Shown: one piece after another, positions 27,837 to 39,472 of the stretch
Position numbering within the stretch: the stretch's first letter is position 1
Layout: each line of letters opens with the position of its first letter
Assembly (NCBI GenBank): GCA_965644295.1
Contig: CBFFRP010000598.1
Span: forward strand, 1 to 64,000
Direction of reading: 5' to 3'
Origin: Paraphysomonas bandaiensis
Lineage: Eukaryota; Protista; Chrysophyceae
DNA: 64,000 nt
The notes under the pieces: generated by a model
Database searches by the model: none
What the model saw: the letters and a program-made list of their open reading frames with translations, nothing else
Told to the model about the DNA's origin: nothing
Translations under genes and position numbers: made by a program

Positions 27837-30045
27837 CTATGACAGACCGCCTTTTCTCTTGGCTACACTGCTGTGGCTGGCCTTCGGCGTCGGGGCACAC
27901 TTACTACTATCCTGTGCAAGCTCCATCAACGTAGTTCTGGCAGTATGGATTGCAACCGGCAGTGGGATATGTAACTGCTCTGCCAGATCTTTCAAACGAT
28001 GCTTGAGTGTGCCTCCAGGTTCCACTTGCTTTGGTGAAAGTGCGCTATTTTCGGGTATGTCTCTAAACAGTAACAAATTCGCCATCTCCATCGTCGATAG
28101 GAGTGGGGCGCTCGTCTTCTCACTACTAGTAGTTAGTGACGTTGGTGAAGATCTTTCCCCATCACTCCCTGACATATTGTCGGAGAGCGCCTTCATTGAA
28201 TCGTTGCGGAGAAGTTCAAGGTGTGCGTGCAACGCTCTGACGACTGACTTAAGCTCATCAATTCCGATACTGTCTGGATTCATCGAGTCCTCCGAAGAAG
28301 CCCGGCTGAGAAAAGGGTGTTTTAGTAGTTCAGCAGCTGTACTTCTCTTCGTAGCATCGTGCTGAAGACATTGCGATATAAAGTCCTTGTACTCATCACT
28401 CCATTCACCATTCTCAGGAAGTCGCGGAGGGGGCTTGTCCCTAACACTTTGTAACACTTGCCAAAAACCACCAGTGGTATTGAATGGTATGCGGCCTAAG
28501 GAGACTGTTAAAAGAGACAAACCGAATGACCATATGTCACTAGAATAACTGTAGTCCTGTCCATCAATTCGCTCGGGAGACATGTATGTGGTTGTCCCCA
28601 CAAATGTCTGTGCCCGATGCATCCCATTCCCCTCACCGTTGTTAGAGCCCATTTCTTCTACATCAGTCTCGATTTGCCGCAAAATCCCCAGATCTGATAC
28701 TTTCACGTCCCCATTCAGATTAATCAAGATATTCCCGGGCTTTATGTCCCGGTGTATTTGATGACATCGGTGTAAGAAGTCCAGGCCAAGTAATACTTGA
28801 CCAGCTATGCTAGCTAGCACCCCTTCGTCAGTACATCCTCCAGTATCGGCCACGTCCTGCAAAGAACCGCCATCCATGTACTCCATCATAAGGGCAACAC
28901 CACCCTCTTCTAAGTTACTACATACCCAGTAAGTACGGATATACAAAGGCACACAAGTAGGATGTCACCTGAACGCGTCGTAAAAGTCTACTATGTAGTG
29001 ATGAGGGTATATTCTGTATGAGTTCGTGTCCGGGTTATACGTCGAAGGAGTCGTGTCTCCACAATCCTGAGAATTTCTGCGACTTTTTGGGTTGAAATTC
29101 AGACTAACATGCATCGGTATCTCAGCCCCATCTCCTAGCATCTCCTTTTCTTTCTTGCGCAACACTTGAAAAAGAGTACTCAGCTCTCTGACCATCTGAC
29201 GCCGCTTAGCTCTGAGAACAAACATCACCATATAAAATTTCTCAATTAATTACGTACCTTTCAAACACAGGAACAGTCTTCACTGCCACAAGGCGCATTT
29301 CAGTGATATCCAATGCCTTGTATACCACACTGCTTGCACCATGACCCAGCCTGCAAAGTATCACCAGGCGTTCCCGCATTGGCAGCCGAGCTGGTTGAGT
29401 GGATCCTGGTGCTGCCGCTATACCATGTTTTCCAATACCCTCACAAAAGCCATTAACAAATATTGTGCCTGACTGAGTCATGGTATACGACTGTTCGTGC
29501 ACTGGCTCGTTATTGCGACCCAATGGTTCCTTCCTCATGCGGGGAGTCATGAAATCATCAGCTTCGTCATCTGACACTTGAATCCAATCCTCTTCGTCAT
29601 CATTAAGAGATAATTTCAAATTAAATTTCTTTCTAAGTGTGTCCGCAGTTTGCTTGTTATTCTGTATCGCCTGTGCCTTCACATCTCCTACAGCATCCAG
29701 AGGAAGATTGTTTGATGATGCAGATGGGGTGGATAACGCTAAAGACCCACTGCTGTTGTGTTTCTTCCCAGCAGGAAACTTTAACGATGATGCACTAATG
29801 TATGTGTTTTTCTGTCGCGAGTGTTGTCGACGAGCATGTGCCTTAAGACTCATAGTGGTGTTCTGCTTCCTGAAAGTCTTCACAGTGTTGGCGGGCTTTA
29901 TATTCGACATGCTTTTGCTCACTCTCTCGAAGCATATTTTCTCGCTTACATTCGCGACTCTTTCATCTATGAATGTGTCGATATAGTCATGTATATCGGG
30001 GCTGTCCGGGCCGCCGATAGCATACACAGAAGCAGATGACCCCAT
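27837..30045 (-). CDS. MAP kinase kinase (STE7 family), 3 exons
   Basis: '[12 protein letters not shown]', 'VAVK', 'MEYMDGGSL', '[10 protein letters not shown]', 'VSDLG', '[14 protein letters not shown]', 'DIWSFG'; pre-kinase 'SYTMTQSGT' block; start MGSSAS. Confidence 0.92.
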
Positions 30046-31585
30046 CGACCTCACTGCCAAGAGATTACCTGCTCAACATGCATGATACGCACAGGGAGAG
30101 GGAGAAAGGGAGAGGGTGGAAGAGTTATTTGATAGTGTGTAGAGTAGATGGTACTCTAACTAACATACACGTATGTATGTCTCTATATGTATATATGTAT
30201 GGGAACTCTGTGTACAGCAGTATCCACTCTCTAACTATGTATATATGTATAGCTATGTATACATACATACACATTCTCTTCGTACCTATAGAGGGACACT
30301 GACCCAAGTGGACGATGAGACGATAGTATGTCTGTGTGTGTGGTGTATGGTATAGTAGAGTATGTATAGGAGAGTACAGTGATGAGAAACGGTTCTGATC
30401 GCATTGACGTCGACTGGTATACAGGTACGTATATACTGTACTCGTAGCTCTATCCTGACAGATGAGCAGCCGTCGTGCAAGATAGAAGCCTCCAACATGC
30501 TCCATGAGTGGCCAGAGATCAACACTTGAGTTATGATTGACAAAGTTGTTGCCCTATTCCCACAGTGTGGCCATAGTGTAGGCTCGCTGGCACACCACTT
30601 ATTCTACACAGCCACTCCCCCGCAGGCACATCCGATCACGATCTTGGCTGACCGTATAGATCACGCGTAGATTCTGAGAGCCACCCCACTCCCCGCATTC
30701 GTGTTCTCCTTCACAAATATTACACGAGATTTCTCATAGCTACGCATGACTTATGTATGTAATTCGGACTTTCTCGTGACCACGTGTGGCTTAGTATAGG
30801 CATAGCATGGTATTGGCAGTGTTTCTCATAGTCATGTGCGACTGACTATACCAGTATAGTGTAGATCTAACTGGCGCCACACTCAGAATACGCCGGGATT
30901 TTAATAGATACTTGTGCGTTTCTTATCTTAGTCAACACTAGCACTGTACCAGGGCACGCACTCAGAATAGGGCAGTTGTAATTACAAAATGCTTAACTGC
31001 TGTATCCAATACTGAAGAGACTGTCAACTGATACTGATAAGAAGCGGCCTAAGGGTATCTTGGGTCCCTGTAAATAGATATTTGTTATTGAATTGCTTTG
31101 AGAACAAGGAAGTGTTATGGGACTCTTCGAGGACTCTTAAATATTGGTCTTGCATCTGCACTAGTGTAAAGTGTGGTACTGCCTCAACCAAGTGGCAGCA
31201 TTGTTTCCCCGTCTGTATTACCCATCAATATTATGAGGTCATTATAATGAAGGAATAAAAATTTCTCAGTGTCCAGATGATAAGTGTAAATTTTGATGTG
31301 ATTGGTAGCTCTACAAGCACACCTGAAAATTATTGTGATGCTGATAAGGTTGGAGTGAGAGAAGTAACCGCAATTTGATATATATACCATTGGTAACATA
31401 TATTGTGTCTCCTACGAATAAAGTTCCAACAGTTAATATGTTATTATATATTATGCCCGATGATAGTTGCACGAAGTATATGTGTAGTCTTAAGTGTTCC
31501 GTAGTAGACTTAGATCACTGCTTTCACTTGTCATGATGTACGTTGTACAACGTCCCCAATATACACATCTATGAATATAGCGAGA

Positions 31586-31650
31586 ATGGTCGCACCTTGG
31601 TGCTTGCGGCGATGCACAAGCAGTTCTCGTAGCGTTAAATAGTAGGATAT
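31586..31650 (+). repeat. Partial copy of the dispersed repeat family found at 54470-55490
   Basis: gcaccttggtgcttgcggcgatgcacaagcagttctcgtagcgttaaatagtag matches 55430-55490 (+) and 54470-54520 (-). Confidence 0.8.
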
Positions 31651-31787
31651 CAGAGTTTGAACTACTAGTAAACGGTAGATGCTTATCTAGTATGATTAGC
31701 TTGTTCTTTTAGCTACTAATCTGGTTCTGACTCTTGAACGCCTATTACTAAATAAACAGACATTTACTACTATACTATTGTAAAGCC

Positions 31788-31910
31788 CAGGGCCTGGTAA
31801 CCATTAATGGTAATATGGTAATGCCTTTAATGAGCCATTAATGGTAATGCCATTATTTTTCCCGGGAACTGGACTACCATTCATGGGCCATTAACGGTTA
31901 CCAGGCCCTG
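31788..31910. mobile_element. 123-bp non-autonomous hAT-type MITE
   Basis: 23-bp TIRs CAGGGCCTGGTAACCATTAATGG with 1 mismatch; perfect 8-bp TSD GTAAAGCC at 31780-31787 and 31911-31918. Confidence 0.92.
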
Positions 31911-32500
31911 GTAAAGCCTTTGCCGTATAATCAGAATACTTTTCAAGAACTTTTACGGACCGTCTAAAATAATATTTCTACACACAATACTAAAATTGCA
32001 AATATAACACCATGGAGTACAGTACTATGTTTCTTATTGTGTACTCTGTCATTGCATTAGTGCCAAAGGTACATTGACTTAGACCTCAACACTTGGCAGT
32101 AGAATAGCTACTTGAAGTTATGTAACTAATAATAGCTATATCACAAAACATCTAGACAGTAAGTAGAAATTATATTTTGTCATTATTTTCTCCTAAAAAA
32201 TATTCGATACATATCCCGTAAGTCGATTTAACGGATGCCTTCCTATTGCTGTAGTTGTGGTATAGTGGTATAGTACGGCAGTGTTGATTTCTTAAACACA
32301 GGTTTAAATAGCAACTAGACCTTCTACCCTAACCATTCGACGGCACATATCTATATCTATCGTATGACAAGTTCATCTACAGCTTCCCTGCCACCCTTAT
32401 TTGCACACTCTTTTGTTTAAACCCTACAGAGTGGTGGTTGCTATGCAAAACTCCACAAACACATTTCAAAGCGTCACAATAGTCTCTCCAAGAGATGCGA

Positions 32501-32965
32501 CTACTGTTTTTTCTCGGCTGCAATGATTGAAATTTCAATTTTCACTCCACGTGGAAGCTTAGCTGACTCCACAACAGCCCTGGCTGGAGTATGCCACTGT
32601 GGAATCCATTGATCCCACACCGTATTCATGGTTTCGAAATCATCCATATCCTGCAAAAATATGGTTGCAGATAATAGGTGATCCCGGTCTGAACCAGCTT
32701 TCACAAGCAGCTCATCTACAGATCGTAACATACTGCGAGTTTGTTCCACAATTCCAGTAGTCGGTTTCTCGCCTACTTGTCCGCTAATGTACACTGTACC
32801 GTTGTGTTTTACCGCCTCACTTAGCCGTGGTCCCATCTCAATTCGCTCAATAGAAACGGCTGCAGCAGTAGGGCGAGATCGTTGGGTTTCCCTGTAAGCT
32901 GATGTCCAATTTCTGGGTAGCTGCTGCTTGCTTGAGATGCATGCACTCTGCAGCCTCCACAGCAT
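32501..32965 (-). CDS. Rid (YjgF/YER057c/UK114) family protein, Rid2/YoaB subgroup, with N-terminal extension
   Basis: 'RLSEAVKHNGTVYISGQV', 'ATIFLQDMDDFETMNTVWDQWIP', 'PARAVVES' (catalytic Arg) and 'KIEISIIAA'; the start codon is uncertain. Confidence 0.9.
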   Translation of the reverse strand: MLWRLQSACISSKQQLPRNWTSAYRETQRSRPTAAAVSIERIEMGPRLSEAVKHNGTVYISGQVGEKPTTGIVEQTRSMLRSVDELLVKAGSDRDHLLSATIFLQDMDDFETMNTVWDQWIPQWHTPARAVVESAKLPRGVKIEISIIAAEKKQ

Positions 32966-34421
32966 CCCACACCTCGCCTTACAGATATTTCTGACAGAAG
33001 CTATCATTTCCAATCCAGACAATTGCAATATGCAGTGTCCTTAGAATGTCCCCCTCACTGTATGGTAACAATAAATAAGTACTCGGTTGGCAACAGCAAG
33101 AAACAAACATATGCAACAGCACAAGAGCGAGGAGAGATACGCACACCGCACAGCTAGCTGCATATGCTGACGAATAAAATACGATCTGAAGAAGATCCAC
33201 CTAAAACCAGAGAAATGTGTTGCAATACAGGGAAATATCGGGAAATATGCAGGAATATCCCCAGAAATCGGGCCAGAAAACGAAACACCCTGTCGAAAGT
33301 GCTAAATATCCGGATATCTAGTTTATCGGTGTGTATATATTCAGCCTCAGTCCAAGTATGTTATGGGTATACATCATGCAACAACAGGCCACGCAAAGAC
33401 TGCATCACATACAGAGGATTGGCTGCGTTGTGACCACAGGAGGATGCATCGGGGCACTGTAGGCTATAGCCATGGATAGGATGTGTGCGATGAAGATTAT
33501 TGCTGTGGCTATATGATGTAACGGATTGCTGACCAGTGCCTCCTGATACCCCATCAGCCAGTGGAAGTGGCTCTCTGCTAATAGCCAGTCACAATGTCAC
33601 TGTGAGACTCAATAGCTGTATGCGGCTATCGTCTGTAACGGTGTGAGGAGATGTACTTTCATCTTATTGTTTTTGTCACGTATTCTCATTTGCATAATAC
33701 TGAACTCAAACTAGTGAGAATGAGGAAACATTTGGAGGTCGATTTGATAACGTGAGTATATTGTGTCGCAAGTGGTGCTCGGACGTAGCTCGTATATTAC
33801 ATATTTTTGTAAAGGACTACGATACACTACATATTACGCATGTATTGGCAGTAATGGTGACGTGATCAGTGTAACTACTATCCCGATATTACTTATATTT
33901 CTATCATTATGAGCTTGTTGAGTTATCACCGGCATATGAGGTACAGAAATGTACAATTAGGAGGTGGTTTGGGGCTAGAGAGATCATGTTAATAATCTAC
34001 ATAAATACGTACAGTGGAGGTGAATGGAAAACGAATTCGTGAAGGGAAGTAGGAGCAGAAATACGGAGCGCCTCGTTAGGGGAAGATGTATACTCTTGCA
34101 CGAGAGCTAAGGTTGCGGTTATCTTTTGAAACCCTTGTCTTTGCAGTACGGATTCAAGCTAGTGCATAACAGAGTTGATTTGTGGGCCCAATGGACACTC
34201 TGCTGTTGTCCGGATCGACATCTGCTTCAGTACAATAACTTTTACTTTGCAATAGTGATTGCTCTCAGTCACGATATAAGTCTTTATTATATTTTTAAAT
34301 TGGCATTTTTATATTCAGTGGCTATTATAACAGTCCAACCGCGTATTCCATAGCTGTGGGAAAGTAGTGAAAGTGTTCTACTTTGTTGATAAATTTTTCA
34401 CCGTGCTTGTAAGTTCACCTA

Positions 34422-34493
34422 AGCTCATCTACAGATCGTAACATACTGCGAGTTTGTTCCACAATTCCAGTGGCCGGTTTCTCGCCTACTTGT
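34422..34493 (-). repeat. 72-bp displaced duplicate of an internal piece of the Rid gene (32709-32780)
   Basis: Same orientation as the source, 2 mismatches. Confidence 0.9.
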
Positions 34494-34829
34494 ATAAGTA
34501 TATACTATACATACCATATACTTGTAGCAATATAATGTTCATCGCTTCTTAGAAGAGTAACTCTAAATTTTTGTGAACAGCTGTATTGTTCCCGGAATGA
34601 CATCATTATAGGACGACATCTAGATGAGTACGCCAATATGTTATTACAATGTACCACCATTACGAAGTTCGTAAGAGGTATTGAATAAGAAATTAATTTG
34701 TCAAATATAATGTCAATTGATTTTTGTGACTATCGTCTTATACTCGTCTATCACAATACAAATAGTTGGTATTCCCAGCTATTAAATATCTTTCGGAAAT
34801 GCAGCCCACTCAAAAGTGATTCAAATTGA

Positions 34830-37800
34830 TCACACAGCTTTAATTTCAGCATTTTGAGAGTCCAGGTCAGATGAAAGTGAGTCACTGGTACGTATTATTT
34901 CCCTGTCATCATGAACGAGCTCATCATAGGGCGACTGCATGGGATTCCAATCCATCGTAATCGAGCTTTGTCTTGTAGAGGTGCGGTAAGGGAAAATATT
35001 GATAAAACCAGTCGTATGATTTGGCGACTCCACAGGTGGTACAGCATCGGAAGAGTGGTTATCCAAAGTCACGCATTCTGTGCTAGGAGATACATATATG
35101 GACTTTTTGTAGTAGTAGCTGGTTACTCCGCCCACTACAATAATTGTAGCACACAAAATAAAGAGAATTAAAACAGGAGTCGTAAATAGAGTGGTTGTGG
35201 ATGGTTCTGAAACTTTTTCATGTTGTTCCTCAGAATTGACATCAAGAAGCACAGGACATGTTCCATCGATTGGTGTAGATAATACCGGAAGTTCTAGGTA
35301 CCATTCCCTGCATCGATCAGCCGGTGACCGGTGGTCGCTATCATGACAAATGCATGCTGTGCCGTTTGAATTACACGTGCCAAGCCAGCTGCAGTAGTAG
35401 TCAACTGATCCCGGCAAACAGCATTCTCCGTGGTTGAGTTCCGGACCGAGATGATGCACCATACACTGTTCTGTAGCCCAGTAGTGCATATTGTCGCACA
35501 CACACGTAGTTCCACTTGCATGACAGTATCCATTATTGTTACATTCAGATCGGCTACTTGGAAAACACGAAAACTCCGATGCGCCTAAAAATGAGGAAAT
35601 AGTAGGGGGAATAGGATACCAAGTACTGCAGCGATCCTCCGAATACCGGTGCTCTGTATCATGACACAAACACTCCAGACCATCATGAGAGCAAGTGCCC
35701 TGCCAGCTGCAGTACTGGTCTACAGTATCAGGATAGCAAAACCAGCCGTCCTCAAGCTCTCGCCCGTCGTGCCATGTAGAGCATTGTTCAGAGGGCCAGT
35801 AGTGAAGGTAGTCATCACATACACACTCGTCTCCAGTATCGGAACAATATCCACGATTGTGGCATATCTCCCGGTCACCAGCAATGCATTGAAAAGAAGG
35901 TGGTTGTATGCTAGGTGCATAAGTAGGATATAGTGTCAGTGATGTAGTAGGTAGTGATGCATACCAAGTACTGCAGCGATCCTCCGAATACCGGTGCTCT
36001 GTATCATGACACAAACACTCCAGACCATCATGAGAGCAAGTGCCCTGCCAGCTGCAGTACTGGTCTACAGTATCAGGATAGCAAAACCAGCCGTCCTCAA
36101 GCTCTCGCCCGTCGTGCCATGTAGAGCATTGTTCAGAGGGCCAGTAGTGAAGGTAGTCATCACATACACACTCGTCTCCAGTATCGGAACAATATCCACG
36201 ATTGTGGCATATCTCCCGGTCACCAGCAATGCATTGAAAAGAAGGTGGTTGTATGCTAGGTACATAAGTAGGATATAGTGTCAGTGATATTGGTGGAATT
36301 GTGCCGCTAGGTGATGAAGTAGGTAGTGATGCATACCAAGTACTGCAGCGATCCTCCGAATACCGGTGCTCTGTATCATGACACAAACACTCCAGACCAT
36401 CATGAGAGCAAGTGCCCTGCCAGCTGCAGTACTGGTCTACAGTATCAGGATAGCAAAACCAGCCGTCCTCAAGCTCTCGCCCGTCGTGCCATGTAGAGCA
36501 TTGTTCAGAGGGCCAGTAGTGAAGGTAGTCATAGCACACACACTCGTCTCCAGTATCAGAACAATATCCACGATTGTTGCAGTAAGAAACATCACCGGGA
36601 ATGCATAATATGCGAGTTGGGTGGCTGGTAGGTGTTAAAGTGGGTAAGGATGTAGGAATCACAGTCGGGGCAGCAGAAGGAGATCCAGTTGGGGAAACAG
36701 TCGGTGATTGAGTTGGGTTTCTGGTCGGGAAGGACGTTGGACTGTTAGTCGGACATAGAGTGGGATGCATGGTCGGGGTAGCCGTCGGTACTGTAGATGG
36801 AGAGCTGGTTGGGATCAAAGACGGACAAACAGTCGGTGAAGATGTTGGAGAACTGGTCGGGGAAATGGTGGGAGAAAATGAAGGTAAAGAAGACGGTGCA
36901 CCAGAAGGAGCTACAGTGGGATAATAAGTTGGAAACGCAGTCGTTTGCGACGAAGGCATCTGTGTGGGAAATTGTGTTGGCAGTGGATCACTAGTTAGTT
37001 TTAGCGCATACAACTTGCCGTCATCATTTCCAATGTACAGCACTGCGCCGCTGGGAGCCAGTCTCGGCTCCGTCTGATATATCTGCAAGGCAAAATAAAC
37101 AGTATGACTTTCAATAGAACATCGTTGCGTATACTTACCACACTACCCAGAGAAAAAGTAGACAGGCGTTCGCCAGTCGTACAATTAACAGCATGAACAG
37201 TGCGTCCATATTCAGCAAAAAACAACACACCCTCTGTTGGACCGAACCCCATAGCAGGGACCGATACAATCTACGGTGGAGTTAGAAAACTATTCAATGT
37301 AACATTATACTGCTACCATACATGTGATGATGTGTAATACTCCCATATACGACTGCCTGTAACCGCATCTACAGCAATCATTTTCCTTCCGAGGGTACCC
37401 ACATAAACAACTCCGTTCCAATACAAGGATCCGTCCTCTGTCTGAGCACATCGACATAAGTGTGCTGATACGTATGTTTTCACATCATATAATACTTACG
37501 CATGCACCAAGATTGTATCGCCATATTATTGATCCAGTTAAGCTGTTTAGAGCCCAAAGTGAACCGTCACATGTGCTGAAGAATACAGATCCATCGTCAC
37601 TCACGGAGGGATAAGAGGCCATCTATATACACGAGTAACAAATATATATGATCGATAAAAGTGATATACCAAACTATTTTGAATTTGACTGGAAAACTCC
37701 CACTTTTTTAGTCCAGTCGCTGTATCTATAGCATAGAGTTTGCCGTTTCCGAGAGTTCCTTGATATACAGTGTCGCCTTGAACTGTAGCTCCGTTATATG

Positions 37801-38421
37801 CCTATTGAATGTGAAGAGATGGGACAAAAACCAACACTCAATACCGTAAATGATGTGAAGTAACTCCAAAGTACATTTCCAGTATTACCATCCAATTTAA
37901 ATAGTCTGGCAATAGAGGAGGTTGATATATACAAGTTTCCGTCTTCATCCAAAGCAATGCCAGCATAATTCTATTATTTAATACTTGAGCACGCTGCAGC
38001 ACATACAAACACTGATTACCACAGGATATAAGGTTCTAAACCAGATGATATTTCCATTTTCTCCATTGAGACAAGCAATTCTACCGGTAGTAGTAGCGAC
38101 ATAAACTTTTCCGTCATCCCTCACAGCGGGTGTGGATTGTGTCTAATCAAAGAGCTCGTTATCAGAATTGTTCAGAAGCATCCGCTACTCTACCGGTTCA
38201 ATATATCTGCTCCACAGCGTAGCTCCTGTGTCCCCATTCACTGATGAAATAACGCCCGATCGAGATCCCACGTATACCTGTCCTGCGAGTCCGATGGCAG
38301 GAGCGGATCGGATGCTATTCGATGTAGAGTGTAGCCACAGGACAGATAACTCGATAGTGGCCCCTGTCTGTGTAATCAATGCGATCAACAGAGACAGAAA
38401 TAGTCGCGATGAAACAAACAT
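34830..38421 (-). CDS. Type I surface receptor/adhesin (~1078 aa): signal peptide, 8-bladed PQQ/BamB-type beta-propeller, P/S/T stalk, Cys-rich EGF-like repeats, TM, cytoplasmic tail
   Basis: Exons 38194-38421, 38020-38142, 37845-37970, 37670-37801, 37500-37622, 37322-37441, 37139-37270, 34830-37082, all GT-AG and all multiples of 3. Blades follow 'VYVG..G.LYA.D..TG...W'; PTxSPT repeats; TM 'VLILFILCATIIVVGGV'. Confidence 0.88.
35300..36605 (-). repeat. Intragenic tandem repeats: three near-identical units (345/372-bp period) plus one diverged unit, each encoding two 6-Cys EGF-like modules
   Basis: Repeated 'NRGYCSDTGDECVC..HYWPSEQCSTWHDGRELEDGWFCYPDTVDQYCSWQGTCSHDGLECLCHDTEHRYSEDRCSTWY'. 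Confidence 0.95.
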
Positions 38422-38958
38422 TGTGTACAATGCGTCTTATCAAACTTTGAGAGAGGTTTGAAGGTGGTGAGATAGTGTGTAAGTGTGCCATGTATGCGAT
38501 AAACGTGAAGTGATTCTTGCTATGATGAGGGGTTCGAACTTCACTTCAAAGTAACATATCTGCACCTTCAATTCAAACCTGTCCGCATCTAGATACTACC
38601 TGCACTACACCGCATACACATACACTTGCTGTACAGTGTCTCTCATATCTTTTCATGCCTCAGTATCTTCAATGCAGTGTCCACTTCACTTTGGAGAATT
38701 CAAGTCAATGACGGTCGACTATTTTTCATGTATTTCTTTCGTATACGGGGTGTATACTGGAATAGGGTTGCAATCCGGATTGACCGTCCTGCTATATACG
38801 TACAGCAGTGTGTTCCGTGTTCTGTCAGTATCCATGTATCTCATATCAGAATATATGATCCTGTAGCATCCCTGCGTACATACATACACACAAGCCTCCT
38901 GATATTAACATCATCATATTATCAACTCAGATACTCTGCTTTTATAGCTTATAAGACA

Positions 38959-39472
38959 ATGGCTTCATTCTATCTCAATACTCTCCAAACGTACTTGCCT
39001 CTCATTGGTGTGAATGCAGTGGCTATTCAATTGGGAACCGCCCGCTGTCGGCTTGAAAATGAGACCCCCTCCCAGAAAGTGGACACAGGCAACTGGCCGT
39101 TGAAGAATGTAATAAATTAACCTGGAAATATGTGTTTAACTTAAGCACCAGGTGTTTAAAACGGTGTTACTGGTGTTTGGGCCATCCAAGGCCTCCAAAC
39201 AAGAGCGAGCGGAAGCTATCCAGGTTTTTATTGATCTGCAGAGAAACTTTTTGGAAAGTGTCGTACCTTTTACAGCAATGGCATGCGGTGTCGCCTTGAC
39301 CGTAAAATCTCCTTCTGCTAATGCTTCTCTGGCAGTCCAAGTGTTTTGTGTGAGCCGAACTTTGCACAACTTACTCTTCGTATATCCTCATCAGCCGTTT
39401 CGCGCTTTTTCTTTTGTTCCACAGTTATTATGTCAACTCGTTCTTGCGTGGGAAATGTTTAGTTCACGTTAA
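38959..39472 (+). CDS. MAPEG family membrane protein (MGST1/PTGES-like), 2 exons
   Basis: 'QRNFLESVVPF', 'FCVSRTLHN' and 'QPFRAFSF'; four hydrophobic segments; short GT-AG intron ending at 39151. Confidence 0.75.

Noticed and set aside
27631-28365. 244-aa plus-strand ORF and similar antisense ORFs (e.g. 20116-20544, 62989-63579, 7377-7706)
   Set aside because: Shadows of well-supported genes on the opposite strand, with no recognisable motifs.
35600-36600. CRISPR-like or TE-like repeat array
   Set aside because: The repeats are in-frame coding modules of 345-372 bp with no repeat-spacer structure, in a eukaryotic gene.
38505-38550. GGTTCGAAC B-box-like sequence in a hairpin (tRNA or SINE?)
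   Set aside because: No cloverleaf and no correctly spaced A-box.
39085-39151. Apparent GC-AG intron in the MAPEG gene
   Set aside because: A canonical in-frame GT donor (AAT|gtaata) exists just downstream.
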